Assembly (NCBI GenBank): GCA_002269645.1
Contig: NIVC01001925.1
Span: forward strand, 62,001-126,000
DNA from: Macrostomum lignano
Lineage: Eukaryota
Length of the DNA stretch: 64,000 nt
Direction of reading: 5' to 3'
This document shows, one piece after another, positions 48,855 to 60,094 of the stretch. Made by a program: the position numbers and the translations under genes. The first letter of the stretch is position 1, and the number at the start of each line of letters is the position of its first letter. The notes beneath the pieces were generated by a model. It made no database searches and was not told the DNA's origin. It saw nothing but the letters and a program-made list of their open reading frames with translations.

Positions 48855-50470
48855 CACTGTCACTCTAGGCCGTCTAGGGACTGTCACTCTAGGCCGTCTA
48901 GGGACTGTCACTCTGGGGTACTGTCTGTCACTCTGGGGTACTTTTGTCCCTATTGGGGACTGTGCGTCACTCTGGGGTACTGTCTGTCACTCTGGGGGAC
49001 TGTGTGTCACTCTGGGGGACTGTCTGTCACTCTGGGGTACTGTCTGTCACTCTGGGGGACTGTCTATCACTCTGGGGTACTTTTGTCCCTATTGGGGACT
49101 GTGCGTCACTCTGGGGTACTGTGTGTCACTCTGGGGTACTGTCTGTCACTCTGGGGTACTTTTCTCCCTTTTGGGGACTGTGTGTCACTCTGGGGTATTG
49201 TCTGTCACTCTGGGGTACTGTGTGTCACTCTGGGGGACTGTCTGTCACTCTGGGGGACTGTCTGTCACTCTGGGGGACTGTGTGTCACTCTGGGGTACTG
49301 CCTGTCACTCTGGGGGACTGTCTATCACTCTGGGGTACTTTTGTCCCTATTGGGGACTGTGCGTCACTCTGGGGTACTGTGTGTCACTCTGGGGTACTGT
49401 CTGTCACTCTGGGGTACTTTTCTCCCTTTTGGGGACTGTGTGTCACTCTGGGGTATTGTCTGTCACTCTGGGGTACTGTCTGTCACTCTGGGGTACTGTG
49501 TGTCACTCTGGGGTACTGTGTGTCACTCTGGGGTACTGTGTGTCACTCTGGGGTACTGTGTGTCACTCTGGGGTACTGTGTGTCACTCTGGGGGACTGTC
49601 TGTCACTCTGGGGTACTGTCTGTCACTCTGGGGTACTGTGTGTCACTCTGGGGTACTGTCTGTCACTCTGGGGGACTGTCTGTCACTCTGGGGGACTGTG
49701 TGTCACTCTTGGGTACTGTCTGTCACTCTGGGGGACTGTGTGTCACTCTGGGGTACTGTCTGTCACCCTGGGGTACTGTCTGTCACTCTGGGGTATTGTC
49801 TGTCACTCTGGGATACTGTCTGTCACTCTGGGGTACTGTCTGTCACTCTGGGGTACTGTCTGTCACTCTGGGATACTGTCTGTCACTCTGGGGTACTGTC
49901 TGTCACTCTGGGGTACTGTCTGTCACTCTGGGATACTGTCTGTCACTCTGGGGTACTGTCTGTCACTCTGGGGTACTGTCTGTCACTCTGGGGTACTGTG
50001 TGTCACTCTGGGGTACTGTCTGTCACTCTGGGGTACTGTCTGTCACTCTGGGATACTGTCTGTCACTCTGGGGTACTGTCTGTCACTCTGGGGTACTGTC
50101 TGTCACTCTGGGATACTGTCTGTCACTCTGGGGTACTGTCTGTCACTCTGGGGTACTGTCTGTCACTCTGGGGTACTGTGTGTCACTCTGGGGTACTGTC
50201 TGTCACTCTGGGGGACTTTTTGTCCCTATTGGGGACTGTGTGTCACTCTGGGGTACTGTGTGTCACTCTGGGGTACTGTGTGTCACTCTGGGGGACTGTG
50301 TGTCACTCTGGGGGACTGTGTGTCACTCTGGGGGACTGTCTGTCACTCTGGGGTACTTTTTGTCACTCTGGGGTACTGTGTGTCACTCTGGGGTACTGTC
50401 TGTCACTCTGGGGTACTGTCTGTCACTCTGGGGTACTGTGTGTCACTCTGGGGTACTGTCAGATACTCTG
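48855..50470. repeat. 20 bp minisatellite CTGTCTGTCACTCTGGGGTA in SMURF intron 6
   Basis: About 80 copies. Confidence 0.97.
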
Positions 50471-50542
50471 GACTTCTGTCCCTCTAACTTATCTGCCACC
50501 CTTAATTATCGATTGTTATCGCAATAACTAGAAGGATCCAAC

Positions 50543-50859
50543 CTGCAGGCACCGCCATCGCACGTAGAGCTGCACATACTCCCGCTTGTTATCCTGGGTG
50601 ACTGGCACGGATTTCCCGCCGGGAATCAACTCGTGCACTTCCATCGCGCCAAACGATTGATGCTCAACCGAGAACGTGTGCTCCAACACGCCGGTGATGT
50701 CGTTGTTCAGAATCCAGCACAGGCTGTTGTACAGCACGGGATCGACCGACTCGAGGTCGGGCAGGCTGACTGGACGGCCCAGCAGGTGCTTGTACAGCGG
50801 CAGGGTGAACCCGCCGTCCAAGTAGTGATGATGGAACAGTGCCAGGCCCATGATGCGGC
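50543..50859 (-). CDS. SMURF: SMURF exon 6 (HECT)
   Basis: GRIMGLALFHHHYLDGGFTLPLYKHLLG...WILNNDITGVLEHTFSVE...HELIPGG...NKREYVQLYV. Confidence 0.95.
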
Positions 50860-51060
50860 CTGCGGTTTTAGGGCGTGGCGGGCAGCGGTTCAGCAGCGCA
50901 ATGCAGACGTCTGAGCAAGCCGAAAGATGGGGACGGAGGGAGGAGGGAGAGCGGGAGGGGGGAGAGGGAGAGGTAGGGAAAGGAAAAGGGAAAGCACGGG
51001 TAATGGGAGAAGGAGAGAGCGAGAGGGAGGAAGGGGGAGAGAGGGAGGGAGAGAAAAGGA

Positions 51061-51280
51061 CATACGTGCGCAAAGCGAGGGGCCCAGCCCAAGTAAGCTC
51101 GTAAGTCGCAAAAATTCCGACCCAAAAAAACGTAGCACTAATTAGATGACGAGGCCTTAAACCTAATAATACCTAATAATTTCTCCTGCCGTTTACCCAA
51201 AAATTCGTTAATTTTTGCTTAGGTTACTTTTATACGCAAATCGCATGGCCGGTGTAAATCAAGAGGGTTGCGCATGTATG
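51061..51280 (-). mobile_element. MITE, CATACATGCGCAAC family, copy 3 (inverted)
   Basis: Termini CATACGTGCGCAA / GTTGCGCATGTATG; reverse complement matches the interior of copies 1-2 (AAAATTAACG..TTTTGGGTAAACGGCAGGAG). Confidence 0.85.
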
Positions 51281-51284
51281 GAAA

Positions 51285-52030
51285 GAGAAGGGGAGGGAGG
51301 AAGAGAGAGGGAGAGGCAGAGAGAGAGGGAGAGGGAGAGAAAGAGGGAGAGGGAGAGAGGGGAGAGGGAAAGAGAGAGGGGGAGAGAGAGGGGGAGAGAG
51401 AGAGAGAGGGAGATAAAGAGGGAGAGAGAGGGGGAGGGAGAGAAAGAGGGAGAGAGAGGGGGATAAAGAGGGAGAGAGAGGGGGAGGGAGAGAAAGAGGG
51501 AGAGAGAGGGGGAGGAGAGAAAGATGGAGAGGGAGAGAAAGAGGGAGAGGGAGAGAAAGAGGGAGAGGGAGAGAAAGAGGGAGAGGGAGAGAAAGAGGGA
51601 GAGGGAGAGAAAGAGGGAGAGGGAGAGAAAGAGGGAGAGGGAGAGAAAGAGGGAGAGGGAGAGAAAGAGGGAGAGGCAGAGAAAGAGGGAAAGGGAGAGA
51701 AAGAGGGAGAGGGAGAGAAAGAGGGAGAGGGAGAGAAAGAGGGAGAGGGAGAGAAAGAGGGAGAGGCAGAGAAAGAGGGAGAGGGAGAGAAAGAGGGAGA
51801 GGGAGAGAAAGAGGGAGAGGGAGAGAAAGAGGGAGAGGGAGAGAAAGAGGGAGAGGCAGAGAAAGAGGGAGAGGGAGAGAAAGAGGGAGAGGGAGAGAAA
51901 GAGGGAGAGGGAGAGAAAGAGGGAGAGGGAGAGAAAAAGGGAGAGGGAGAGAGAGGGGAGAAGGAGAGAGAAGGAGAGAGGGAGGAGCAGAAGGATAGGT
52001 AGAGAGGTGGAGAGGCAGAGAGGGGGAGAC
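51285..52030. repeat. AG-rich repeat, core 18 bp GAGGGAGAGGGAGAGAAA
   Basis: Direct copies in SMURF intron 5. Confidence 0.95.
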
Positions 52031-52198
52031 AGGTGAGATCAGTGTCCAATCATATTTAGTGGCAAGTGGTTAGTAGCACTACCAGCGGAGTAGACGAGCA
52101 GACTTAAAATGCTCCAGCTCAGTTTCACAAAACACCGGCTTCGCCAGTTGAGCACAAGAGGGAGTCTGAGGGTATGGAAAGACAGGCTGGTCACCTCA

Positions 52199-52438
<240 letters not shown>

Positions 52439-52459
52439 CTAGGATTGAGGGGTGGTTGT

Positions 52460-52478
52460 GGTAGTAGTAGTAGTATTT

Positions 52479-52569
<91 letters not shown>

Positions 52570-52583
52570 CAGTAGTAGTATTT

Positions 52584-52635
<52 letters not shown>

Positions 52636-52636
52636 C

Positions 52637-52667
<31 letters not shown>

Positions 52668-52720
52668 ATAGTAGTAGTAGTGGTAGTAGTAGTAGTGGTA
52701 GTAGTAGTAGTAGTAGTAGC

Positions 52721-52755
<35 letters not shown>

Positions 52756-52793
52756 TAGTAGTAGTAGTAGTAGTAGCAGTAGTAGTAGTAGTG

Positions 52794-52829
<36 letters not shown>

Positions 52830-52850
52830 CGAGCTAGTAGTAGTAGCAGT
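52460..52850. repeat. (TAG)n trinucleotide microsatellite, about 125 units
   Basis: Direct inspection; SMURF intron 4. Confidence 0.97.
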
Positions 52851-52880
52851 ACGTGTCTAACAATTTCATGGTCAGTAACA

Positions 52881-53057
52881 ATCCCCACCTGTCTGTAACA
52901 TTCCCCACCTGTCTGTAACAACCCCCACCTGTCTGTAACATTCCCCACCTGTTTGTAACGACCCCCACCTGTCTGTAACATTCCCCACCTGCCTGTAACA
53001 ACCCTCACCTGTCTGTAACAACCCCCACCTGTCTGTAACAACCCCCACCTGTCTGTA
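52881..53057. repeat. 20 bp repeat that reiterates the SMURF exon 4 / intron 4 junction
   Basis: Minus-strand unit GTGGGGGTTGTTACAGACAG; 9 CAG|GT sites at 20 nt spacing. Confidence 0.92.
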
Positions 53058-53833
53058 GGAATCCTCCAGAATGTCGCCCCTAGAAATCTCCAGCCGGCAG
53101 TGTCCCTGGTCAGGCTGCAAAGCTTTGATGGCCTCCCGAAGAACGCGCATTTTCTGCACCAGATCTCTCGGCTGCTGCTGTTGTTGCTTTTTCACCTGCG
53201 GGGACTTCTGCTGCCGCTGCAGCAGCCTGGGATCGGCGAACTGAGAAGTTCTGGCCGCGTGATTGACAAAGTACGGCTTGCCCGTGGCCGTCCGCCTCTC
53301 CTCCCAGCCCTCGGGCAGCGGACCCAGAGCAGCGGAGTCAACCACGGTGGACACCCTCGGATCCTGCCAGGTTGTCAGGCCGGTGCTCCGATTGAGAAAG
53401 TACACCTGACCCTGCGGAGTCTGGCACTGCTGCCACTCGTCCGGGGCATCGGATTGGACGGATAAGTGAAGCTGGCAGCGGGACAGGTAGCTCTGATGCC
53501 GGCGCTGCTGGTTCTCTGAGCTGCTTAACGGTTCGGCGGTACCGGCGGAGGCGGCTGAAGCCTCGTGCCTGTGCTGCCGGTGGTGCCGATGGGAGGACCG
53601 CCGACTCTGCTGTCTATGGCCGAAATTGTCCTGAGCCGGTTGCTGCTGCTGCTGCTGAGGCGGCTGGCCGCGGGTCTCGATGCTGATCAAAAGGCAGCCG
53701 CGAACTCCGTCGGCTTCGGGATTGTCGGCACCTTTGACCAGGTCGAACTTCTGGCAGCCCTGGTTCTGCGCTTCGGCGATGCGCTGTGGATCCAACAGGA
53801 CGCAGCCGAGGAAGGCCGAGCGCATGGACTCGT
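53049..53833 (-). CDS. SMURF: SMURF exon 4 (end of C2, two WW domains, start of HECT)
   Basis: AFLGCVLL (C2); PDEWQQCQTPQGQVYFLNRSTGLTTWQDPR; LPEGWEERRTATGKPYFVNHAARTSQFADPR; GHCRLEISRGDILEDSYRQ. Confidence 0.95.
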
Positions 53834-53869
53834 CTGGGGAGTGGGGGCGGTTTTGCGGCGGATTTGTTG

Positions 53870-55025
53870 CCGATGGAGGGCGGATTTGTGGAGGATGAAG
53901 GGCGGATTTGTGGAGGATGAAGGGCGGATTTGTGGAGGATGAAGGGCGGATTTGTGGATGGAGGGCGGATTTGTGGATGGAGGGCGGATTTGTGGAGAAT
54001 GAGGGGCGGATTTGTGAAGAATGAGGGGCGGATTTGTGGAGAATGAGGGGCGGATTTGTGGAGGATGAGGGCGGATTTGTGGAGAATGAGGGGCGGATTT
54101 GTGGAGAATTAGGGGCGGATTTGTGGAGGATGAAGGGCGGATTTGTGGAGGATGAAGGGCGGATTTGTGGATGGAGGGCGGATTTGTGGAGAATTAGGGG
54201 CGGATTTGTGGAGGATGAAGGGCGGATTTGTGGAGGATGAAGGGCGGATTTGTGGATGGAGGGCGGATTTGTGGAGAATGAGGGGCGGGTTTGTGGAGGA
54301 TGAGGGGCGGATTTGTGGATGGAGGGCGGATTTGTGGAGAATGAGGGGCGGATTTGTGGAGAATTAGGGGCGGATTTGTGGAGAATGAGGGGCGGATTTG
54401 TGGAGGATGAGGGGCGGATTTGTGGATGGAGGGCGGATTTGTGGAGAATAAGGGGCGGATTTGTGGAGAATGAGGGGCGGATTTGTGGAGGATGAGGGGC
54501 TGATTTGTGGAGAATTAGGGGCGGATTTGTGGAGGATGAAGGGCGGATTTGTGGATGGAGGGCGGATTTGTGGAGAATTAGGGGCGGATTTGTGGAGGAT
54601 GAAGGGCGGATTTGTGGAGGATGAAGGGCGGATTTGTGGATGGAGGGCGGATTTGTGGAGAATGAGGGGCGGGTTTGTGGAGGATGAGGGGCGGATTTGT
54701 GGATGGAGGGCGGATTTGTGGAGAATGAGGGGCGGATTTGTGGAGAATTAGGGGCGGATTTGTGGAGAATGAGGGGCGGATTTGTGGAGGATGAGGGGCG
54801 GATTTGTGGATGGAGGGCGGATTTGTGGAGAATGAGGGGCGGATTTGTGGAGAATGAGGGGCGGATTTGTGGAGGATGAGGGGCGGATTTGTGGAGAATT
54901 AGGGGCGGATTTGTGGAGGATGAAGGGCGGATTTGTGGATGGAGGGCGGATTTGTGGAGAATGAGGGGCGGATTTGTGGATGGAGGGCGGATTTGTGGAA
55001 TGAGGGGCGGATTTGTGGAGGATGA
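53870..55025. repeat. 19/22 bp minisatellite GGGCGGATTTGTGGA(GGATGAA) in SMURF intron 3
   Basis: About 55 copies. Confidence 0.96.
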
Positions 55026-55077
55026 AGAGGCCATGTCAAAAAATTTAGAGTAGAGACCAAAGCAAGCTGAAACTCAC

Positions 55078-55266
55078 TGATATCACATCGACTTTTTTTA
55101 GTCAGCTTCCTCTGGTTATACACAGTCAAGCTGATGGAGTCGCCAGTGCGTATATAAAAATCGAAGTATTCATTCCACTGAGGGTCCAGGCTGCCCTTCA
55201 CACAAGCTGTGGTGCTCTCCTGGCCAGAGCCATCAACAGCCACACGAACCAGAGGGTCGGGATACT
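55078..55266 (-). CDS. SMURF: SMURF exon 3 (C2 domain)
   Basis: YPDPLVRVAVDGSGQESTTACVKGSLDPQWNEYFDFYI matches SMURF LPDPFAKIVVDGSGQ; donor GTGAGT at 55077 chosen by consensus and phase. Confidence 0.88.
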
Positions 55267-55348
55267 CTAAATTACAAATTGTATTTTTCACAGAAATAGT
55301 CTTGTTAGCAAAAATAAGTATAACTTCATTTAAATGTTTCTTACTTAC

Positions 55349-55387
55349 TGAAAAAGTCTTTCTTCCATAGGTTTTTTGCACTTAGTA
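55349..55387 (-). CDS. SMURF: SMURF exon 2 (39 nt)
   Basis: ILSAKNLWKKDFF matches VLCAKNLAKKDFF; TTTTTAG acceptor, GTAAGT donor. Confidence 0.9.
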
Positions 55388-56271
55388 CTAAAAAGTTAAT
55401 AAGGTTTTGGCATCAATGAATATTTCAATTAAGTAGGATTTAGGTCAACTCAAACTTTTATGATGATAAAAAAATGGAAACAACAAATAAAAAACCACTT
55501 GATTAAGTTTAATATAAATATATATCCAATACAAAACATTTATATGTAACCATGTAATATTTTTTGAAAAAAAAGGCTTAAAAAATGGCCTTGAAGCTTT
55601 TAAGCAATCTATTTAAAACTAAATAAATTTATGTGGGACATAGAACATTTTATCCTTGTGTTTTTGATAATTTTACTGGGTCATTTTATTTGTAGAATAT
55701 AGAGATATACTATAGATAAAAAGAATATATTTTCTATATACATTTTTTTCTAGGCAGCACCCAAGATTCAAGAAAATTTTTCAGATATACAAGAGTTCAA
55801 TATAGAATTACAGGACTATAAATATAGTACTAATATATGACTAAGGGTTTTTATACTAGCTATTTTGTATCTATGCATGGAAATTGAGCCTAAGGCTAAG
55901 CTAATTCTTTTATAGCTATATAGAAATGCAATCTCAAGGAAAAGATAAAATATAATGAATAAAAACTGAAGTTATTATAATAAACTCATAGATTAGGGCC
56001 TAAAATGTGCTTTGCCCAAAACATATAAAAAGAGCAACAAATTAGACAAATAATATTCTATTTTTTAAAAAGCATTCTTTCTTTTAAGACAAAAACAAAA
56101 TGATCTAGGTTAGAAGGTTAAGAGATAAAGATAAGGGACCTACACAAAAAATCAACAAATATTTATACCCTTTATATGTTTTAAACTAGAGTTTTACCAT
56201 AACAAAAATGTTTCTCATAGCCAATCTATATTCACATCTATATCTAATTAATTTCCTATAATATTTATGGC

Positions 56272-56553
56272 AATGGCTAGAGTTCTGGCATCAGAACCCA
56301 TTTTCTAATGGCTCCAGATCCGGCAGTGCCATTATAATATTGATGGAACATTATTTTTTTTTTCTACAGGTGGCTAATATTGAAATTTTGTTCCAGATTA
56401 AAATTTAAGACGATATGATAAGATTTGGGACGAGATACTTTAATATTCAGACTTCTTAAGATATGTTCTTAGCAGTCTTTATATGCTTCTATACGGCACT
56501 GCCGGATCCCTAGCTGTTAGAAAACGGGTTTTGGTGCTGGAACTCTAGCCATT
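56272..56553. mobile_element. Foldback or MITE-like element with ~59 bp imperfect inverted arms in SMURF intron 1
   Basis: 56272-56330 is the reverse complement of 56495-56553 at roughly 80% identity. Confidence 0.65.
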
Positions 56554-56810
56554 ATCAATATTTATACCTTTTAATAATATTAAGTAAATGGCAATAGTTC
56601 TCCTATCATATCAGGCTCTGCATTAATAAAAAATTATTGACTAAAATAGATAGCTAAACATATATGTTGCTATACTACAAAGTGAATAGAAAAAAAAATA
56701 AAATGCATAAAATATAAAGTGCAATATGCACTGATGAGGCCAGCTAATTTTTTGTTGTGGTTGGTTAGTAAATAATTGTTGTGCAGGACCGTAACTCAAA
56801 AAAAACTTAC

Positions 56811-56835
56811 TGGTAAGGCGAATCTTTACAGCCAT
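56811..56835 (-). CDS. SMURF: SMURF exon 1 (coding)
   Basis: MAVKIRLT matches SMURF IKIRLT; donor GTAAGT; spliced product 692 aa. Confidence 0.85.
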
Positions 56836-58061
56836 TAAAATATTAACAATTGAAGTGGTTCCGCGTATGACGTATATTATCGTCAAGCGAGACTTTGATT
56901 TGCTTGCCTCTACGCTACAGATTCTTCAGCTTCTAAGATTTTTACTACATTTACAAGACAAAATCTAAGCAAAATTAGTATCAAGTATATGGATTGAACA
57001 AAAACAGTACACTACGAGTAAATCTAGCAACAAAGCTCCTGGCAATCGCAATACATAAAATATTCAACCACCAACTAACTTTTAAGTTGAGCTCTTTCAT
57101 CGAAATTTCGCAAAGTCAATCAATATTAAACTGATGGACAAAAGCAAATTAATACGTTTAGAAATATTTTATTTATTCTAAAGAGAAATAAGAACTAATA
57201 ACTATGCTCTTTCGTTAGTGTATTCATATCTAAAGAGTTTTATTAAACGGTTAAAACGAATATTTTTTGTTTTAATCTTCCTAAATTTGTTGCACGGCTT
57301 GAATTTAATATTATGTGTAGTACGTTCATCTGACAACGAAACTATTTATTTAGTTTTGCCGCTTGCCACTGCAGCTCATTCATAATCTCTAATGAATAAC
57401 TGCTATAGAGGTTTTAGATGCTTGCTAACTAACCATAAGATAAATTACAAGAGCCAAAAAACAATACATGTATATTAAAAATGAACTTTCTAGTCAATAT
57501 CTAAAGCCGTAGTAAAAAATTCGCTTTGAAAACGCATTGCGTTACGTGTTTATTTTTTATTAAAATATTTTATCTCGAGATTAAAGCTTTAAAATCTGCA
57601 ACAACAAACAGATCGAGACTCACACGGAGATTATGGGCTTTGAGACAAAAACAAATTAGATTTTAAATAAAAACACATTTAATTCTGCTAATAAAAAATA
57701 GAGCAATCCGTCTGAAGCCACAGTTCAAAAATTTAGGCTGCTTGCATCCACAATAACTAGAAAACTGCTTTACAACGAAATTAAGCAAATACATAATGTA
57801 CAAGCGAAACGATTAAAGACTTCTTCGAATTCGGTTATAAATTAATCTTCGACAGCTGCAAAGAAGACAACAGTTCGAATTCATCAACTAGCCCATGTTC
57901 CCATTTAAAGACAGATGGAATACAAATTATCGCATTTTCTGTAGCTTAAAGCAGCGCTTCACGTTACATGTGGAAAGCTCGTGTAACATTTAAACTGTTT
58001 TCGGCAAAATTCTTCCTAACTTAAACTCACGAAAATATGTCCCAACCAGGTCACACACAGG

Positions 58062-59129
58062 TCACCAAGTCAGTCTAGCAGTGGCGACTGGAGCCACCGT
58101 GCTGCTTGCCATAGCAACGGTGCTGCTCACAACATCGACAGTGGTGGTCGCGTTACCACCCGCCTCCTGAGCGTCCAGCCAGGCGTCGGTGTACAGCATG
58201 AGCAGCGCGGAGCCGGCGACGGCGCCCAGCAGGAGCGCCAGCAGGCAGAGCCGCCTCGCCAGCAGGCTGCGCACCGAAGGCCTCGAGCCGGCGTCCGAGT
58301 CTTCATCCTCCTCTTCGTCATCGTCCTCGTTCAGCCGGCCGGTTAGCAGCACCCGTGACGAGCCGTAGAAGCGGCCGGTGTACAGCAGGTTGCCGCTGCC
58401 CACGCCGACGCCCCAGAAGCCGCCGGCGTGGCGCCGGCGTCGACCATGCTGAAGGCCCGACCGGCGGCCCGACTGCCCGCGTCGACGTCGCCGCGGGTCG
58501 ATGGCCACCGTCGGCCAAGGCGGCAGCAGCGACGGCAGCGGCGGTGAGACTTCGGCAGTGGTGGCGGCGACAATCTCGGGTGATGGCGCGTGTGCAGTCG
58601 GGATTGGGGAGGCTGCCGAAGTCGACGATACCGCGGCAGCGGCGGCTGTTAACGACGGCGGCGACGTGACCGCGGACGGCAGTTCGTCATAGATCTCCGG
58701 GTCGCTGTAGAAGGCCAACTCCTCCGGGTCCGGGCGTGGAATGTCCTCAACGAAAATCTCCGGGGCAGCGTCGACGGCTGCCGTAGTGGCAGCGGCGGAG
58801 CCGTCGGTGACAGATTTTTCCACTGCGACGGCGTCGCCACCAGCGGCTTCGTTGCTGGCGTCGTTGCCCCCGAGGGTGCCGTAGCTATCGAAGCCCGAAG
58901 CCGTGAAGCCGCTGCTGCCGCCAAGCAGCGGAGCGAACTCGCTCTCCGTCTCCGAGATCAACGGCGAGCCTTCGGCGTCATCCTCCAGCAGGCCGCCGTT
59001 CTTGCCGTCGCCGTCGCCCACCGCCGGCTCCTGCTCGTCGCTGTCGGATTGGACGCCAAGAATTCTGCGCCGGCGCCTCTCCTGCCACAGGCGGCGCCGC
59101 CAGTTTCGGCCGTAGGCTCGCTCCAGCGC
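58062..59129 (-). CDS. SLC47A1: MATE/SLC47 transporter terminal exon: long low-complexity loop plus a TM13-like helix
   Basis: Acceptor CTCAG at 59130 in phase with the previous exon; LLARRLCLLALLLGAVAGSALLMLY resembles vertebrate MATE1 TM13 (LVLRRGLLLLG). Confidence 0.8.
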   Translation of the reverse strand, partial: ALERAYGRNWRRRLWQERRRRRILGVQSDSDEQEPAVGDGDGKNGGLLEDDAEGSPLISETESEFAPLLGGSSGFTASGFDSYGTLGGNDASNEAAGGDAVAVEKSVTDGSAAATTAAVDAAPEIFVEDIPRPDPEELAFYSDPEIYDELPSAVTSPPSLTAAAAAVSSTSAASPIPTAHAPSPEIVAATTAEVSPPLPSLLPPWPTVAIDPRRRRRGQSGRRSGLQHGRRRRHAGGFWGVGVGSGNLLYTGRFYGSSRVLLTGRLNEDDDEEEDEDSDAGSRPSVRSLLARRLCLLALLLGAVAGSALLMLYTDAWLDAQEAGGNATTTVDVVSSTVAMASSTVAPVATARLTW

Positions 59130-59164
59130 CTGAGATGGGTTGGAATTACCTTCAGATGCTGAGT

Positions 59165-59625
59165 GCGGATCTGAGTCTCACCCTGCATATCTGAGTCTCA
59201 CCCTGCATATCTGAGTCTCACCCTGCATATCTGAGTCTTACCCTGCATATCTGAGTCTCACCCTGCATATCTGAGTCTCACCCTGCGGATCTGAGTCTCA
59301 CCCTGCGGATCTGAGTCTCACCCTGCATATCTGAGTCTCACCCTGCATATCTGAGTCTCACCCTGCATATCTGAGTCTTACCCTGCATATCTGAGTCTCA
59401 CCCTGCATATCTGAGTCTCACCCTGCGGATCTGAGTCTCACCCTGCGGATCTGAGTCTCACCCTGCATATCTGAGTCTCACCCTGCATATCTGAGTCTCA
59501 CCCTGCATATCTGAGTCTTACCCTGCATATCTGAGTCTCACCCTGCATATCTGAGTCTCACCCTGCGGGTCTGAGTCTCACCCTACGAGCTGAGTCTCAC
59601 CCTGCGGATCTGAGTCTCACTTAGA
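59165..59625. repeat. 20 bp minisatellite CTGAGTCTCACCCTGCATAT
   Basis: About 23 copies in a MATE intron. Confidence 0.95.
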
Positions 59626-59815
59626 GACTGAGTCTCCTCTAGAACGGAATCTCATCGCCTAAACCAGATCCTTCCTCTGGCATTAAATCTCACCCTTTAG
59701 AGTCAAATCTCAGCCTCTAGAACCGATCTCACGCTGAAATCTCTATTCTCAAACTAAATCTCAGCTTCGCAATCAATTTCCAAAACCAGTTAACATCTCG
59801 AGTCCATTCCCTCAC

Positions 59816-60043
59816 CTTCTCAGCTTCTCGACGCCAATTGAAGCTCAGCACAAGGCAGCAGAAGGCGACGGCCTCGGCAGCGATGCCCGCCAGCAGGCCC
59901 AGCCAGATGCCCGTCATCTGCAGGTCGGTCAGCAGGGCCAGCGGGATGCCGATCGGCAGACCGATGATGTAATAACCGATGAACAGCAGCACGGCGCCTT
60001 CCACTTGCCGACCCGTGCCACGGATTGCGCCGCAGGAGACCGC
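59816..60043 (-). CDS. SLC47A1: MATE/SLC47 exon (TM11-12)
   Basis: GAIRGTGRQVEGAVLLFIGYYIIGLPIGIPLA...GIWLGL...NWRREAEK matches MATE1. Confidence 0.92.
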
Positions 60044-60094
60044 CTGGAGTGTTGATTGGAGATGTTGGCTGGGATGGGTTCACGATTTGGAAGG

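Noticed and set aside
52439-53041. Poly-Thr, poly-Ser and poly-Val ORFs
   Set aside because: Frames of the (TAG)n microsatellite within SMURF intron 4.
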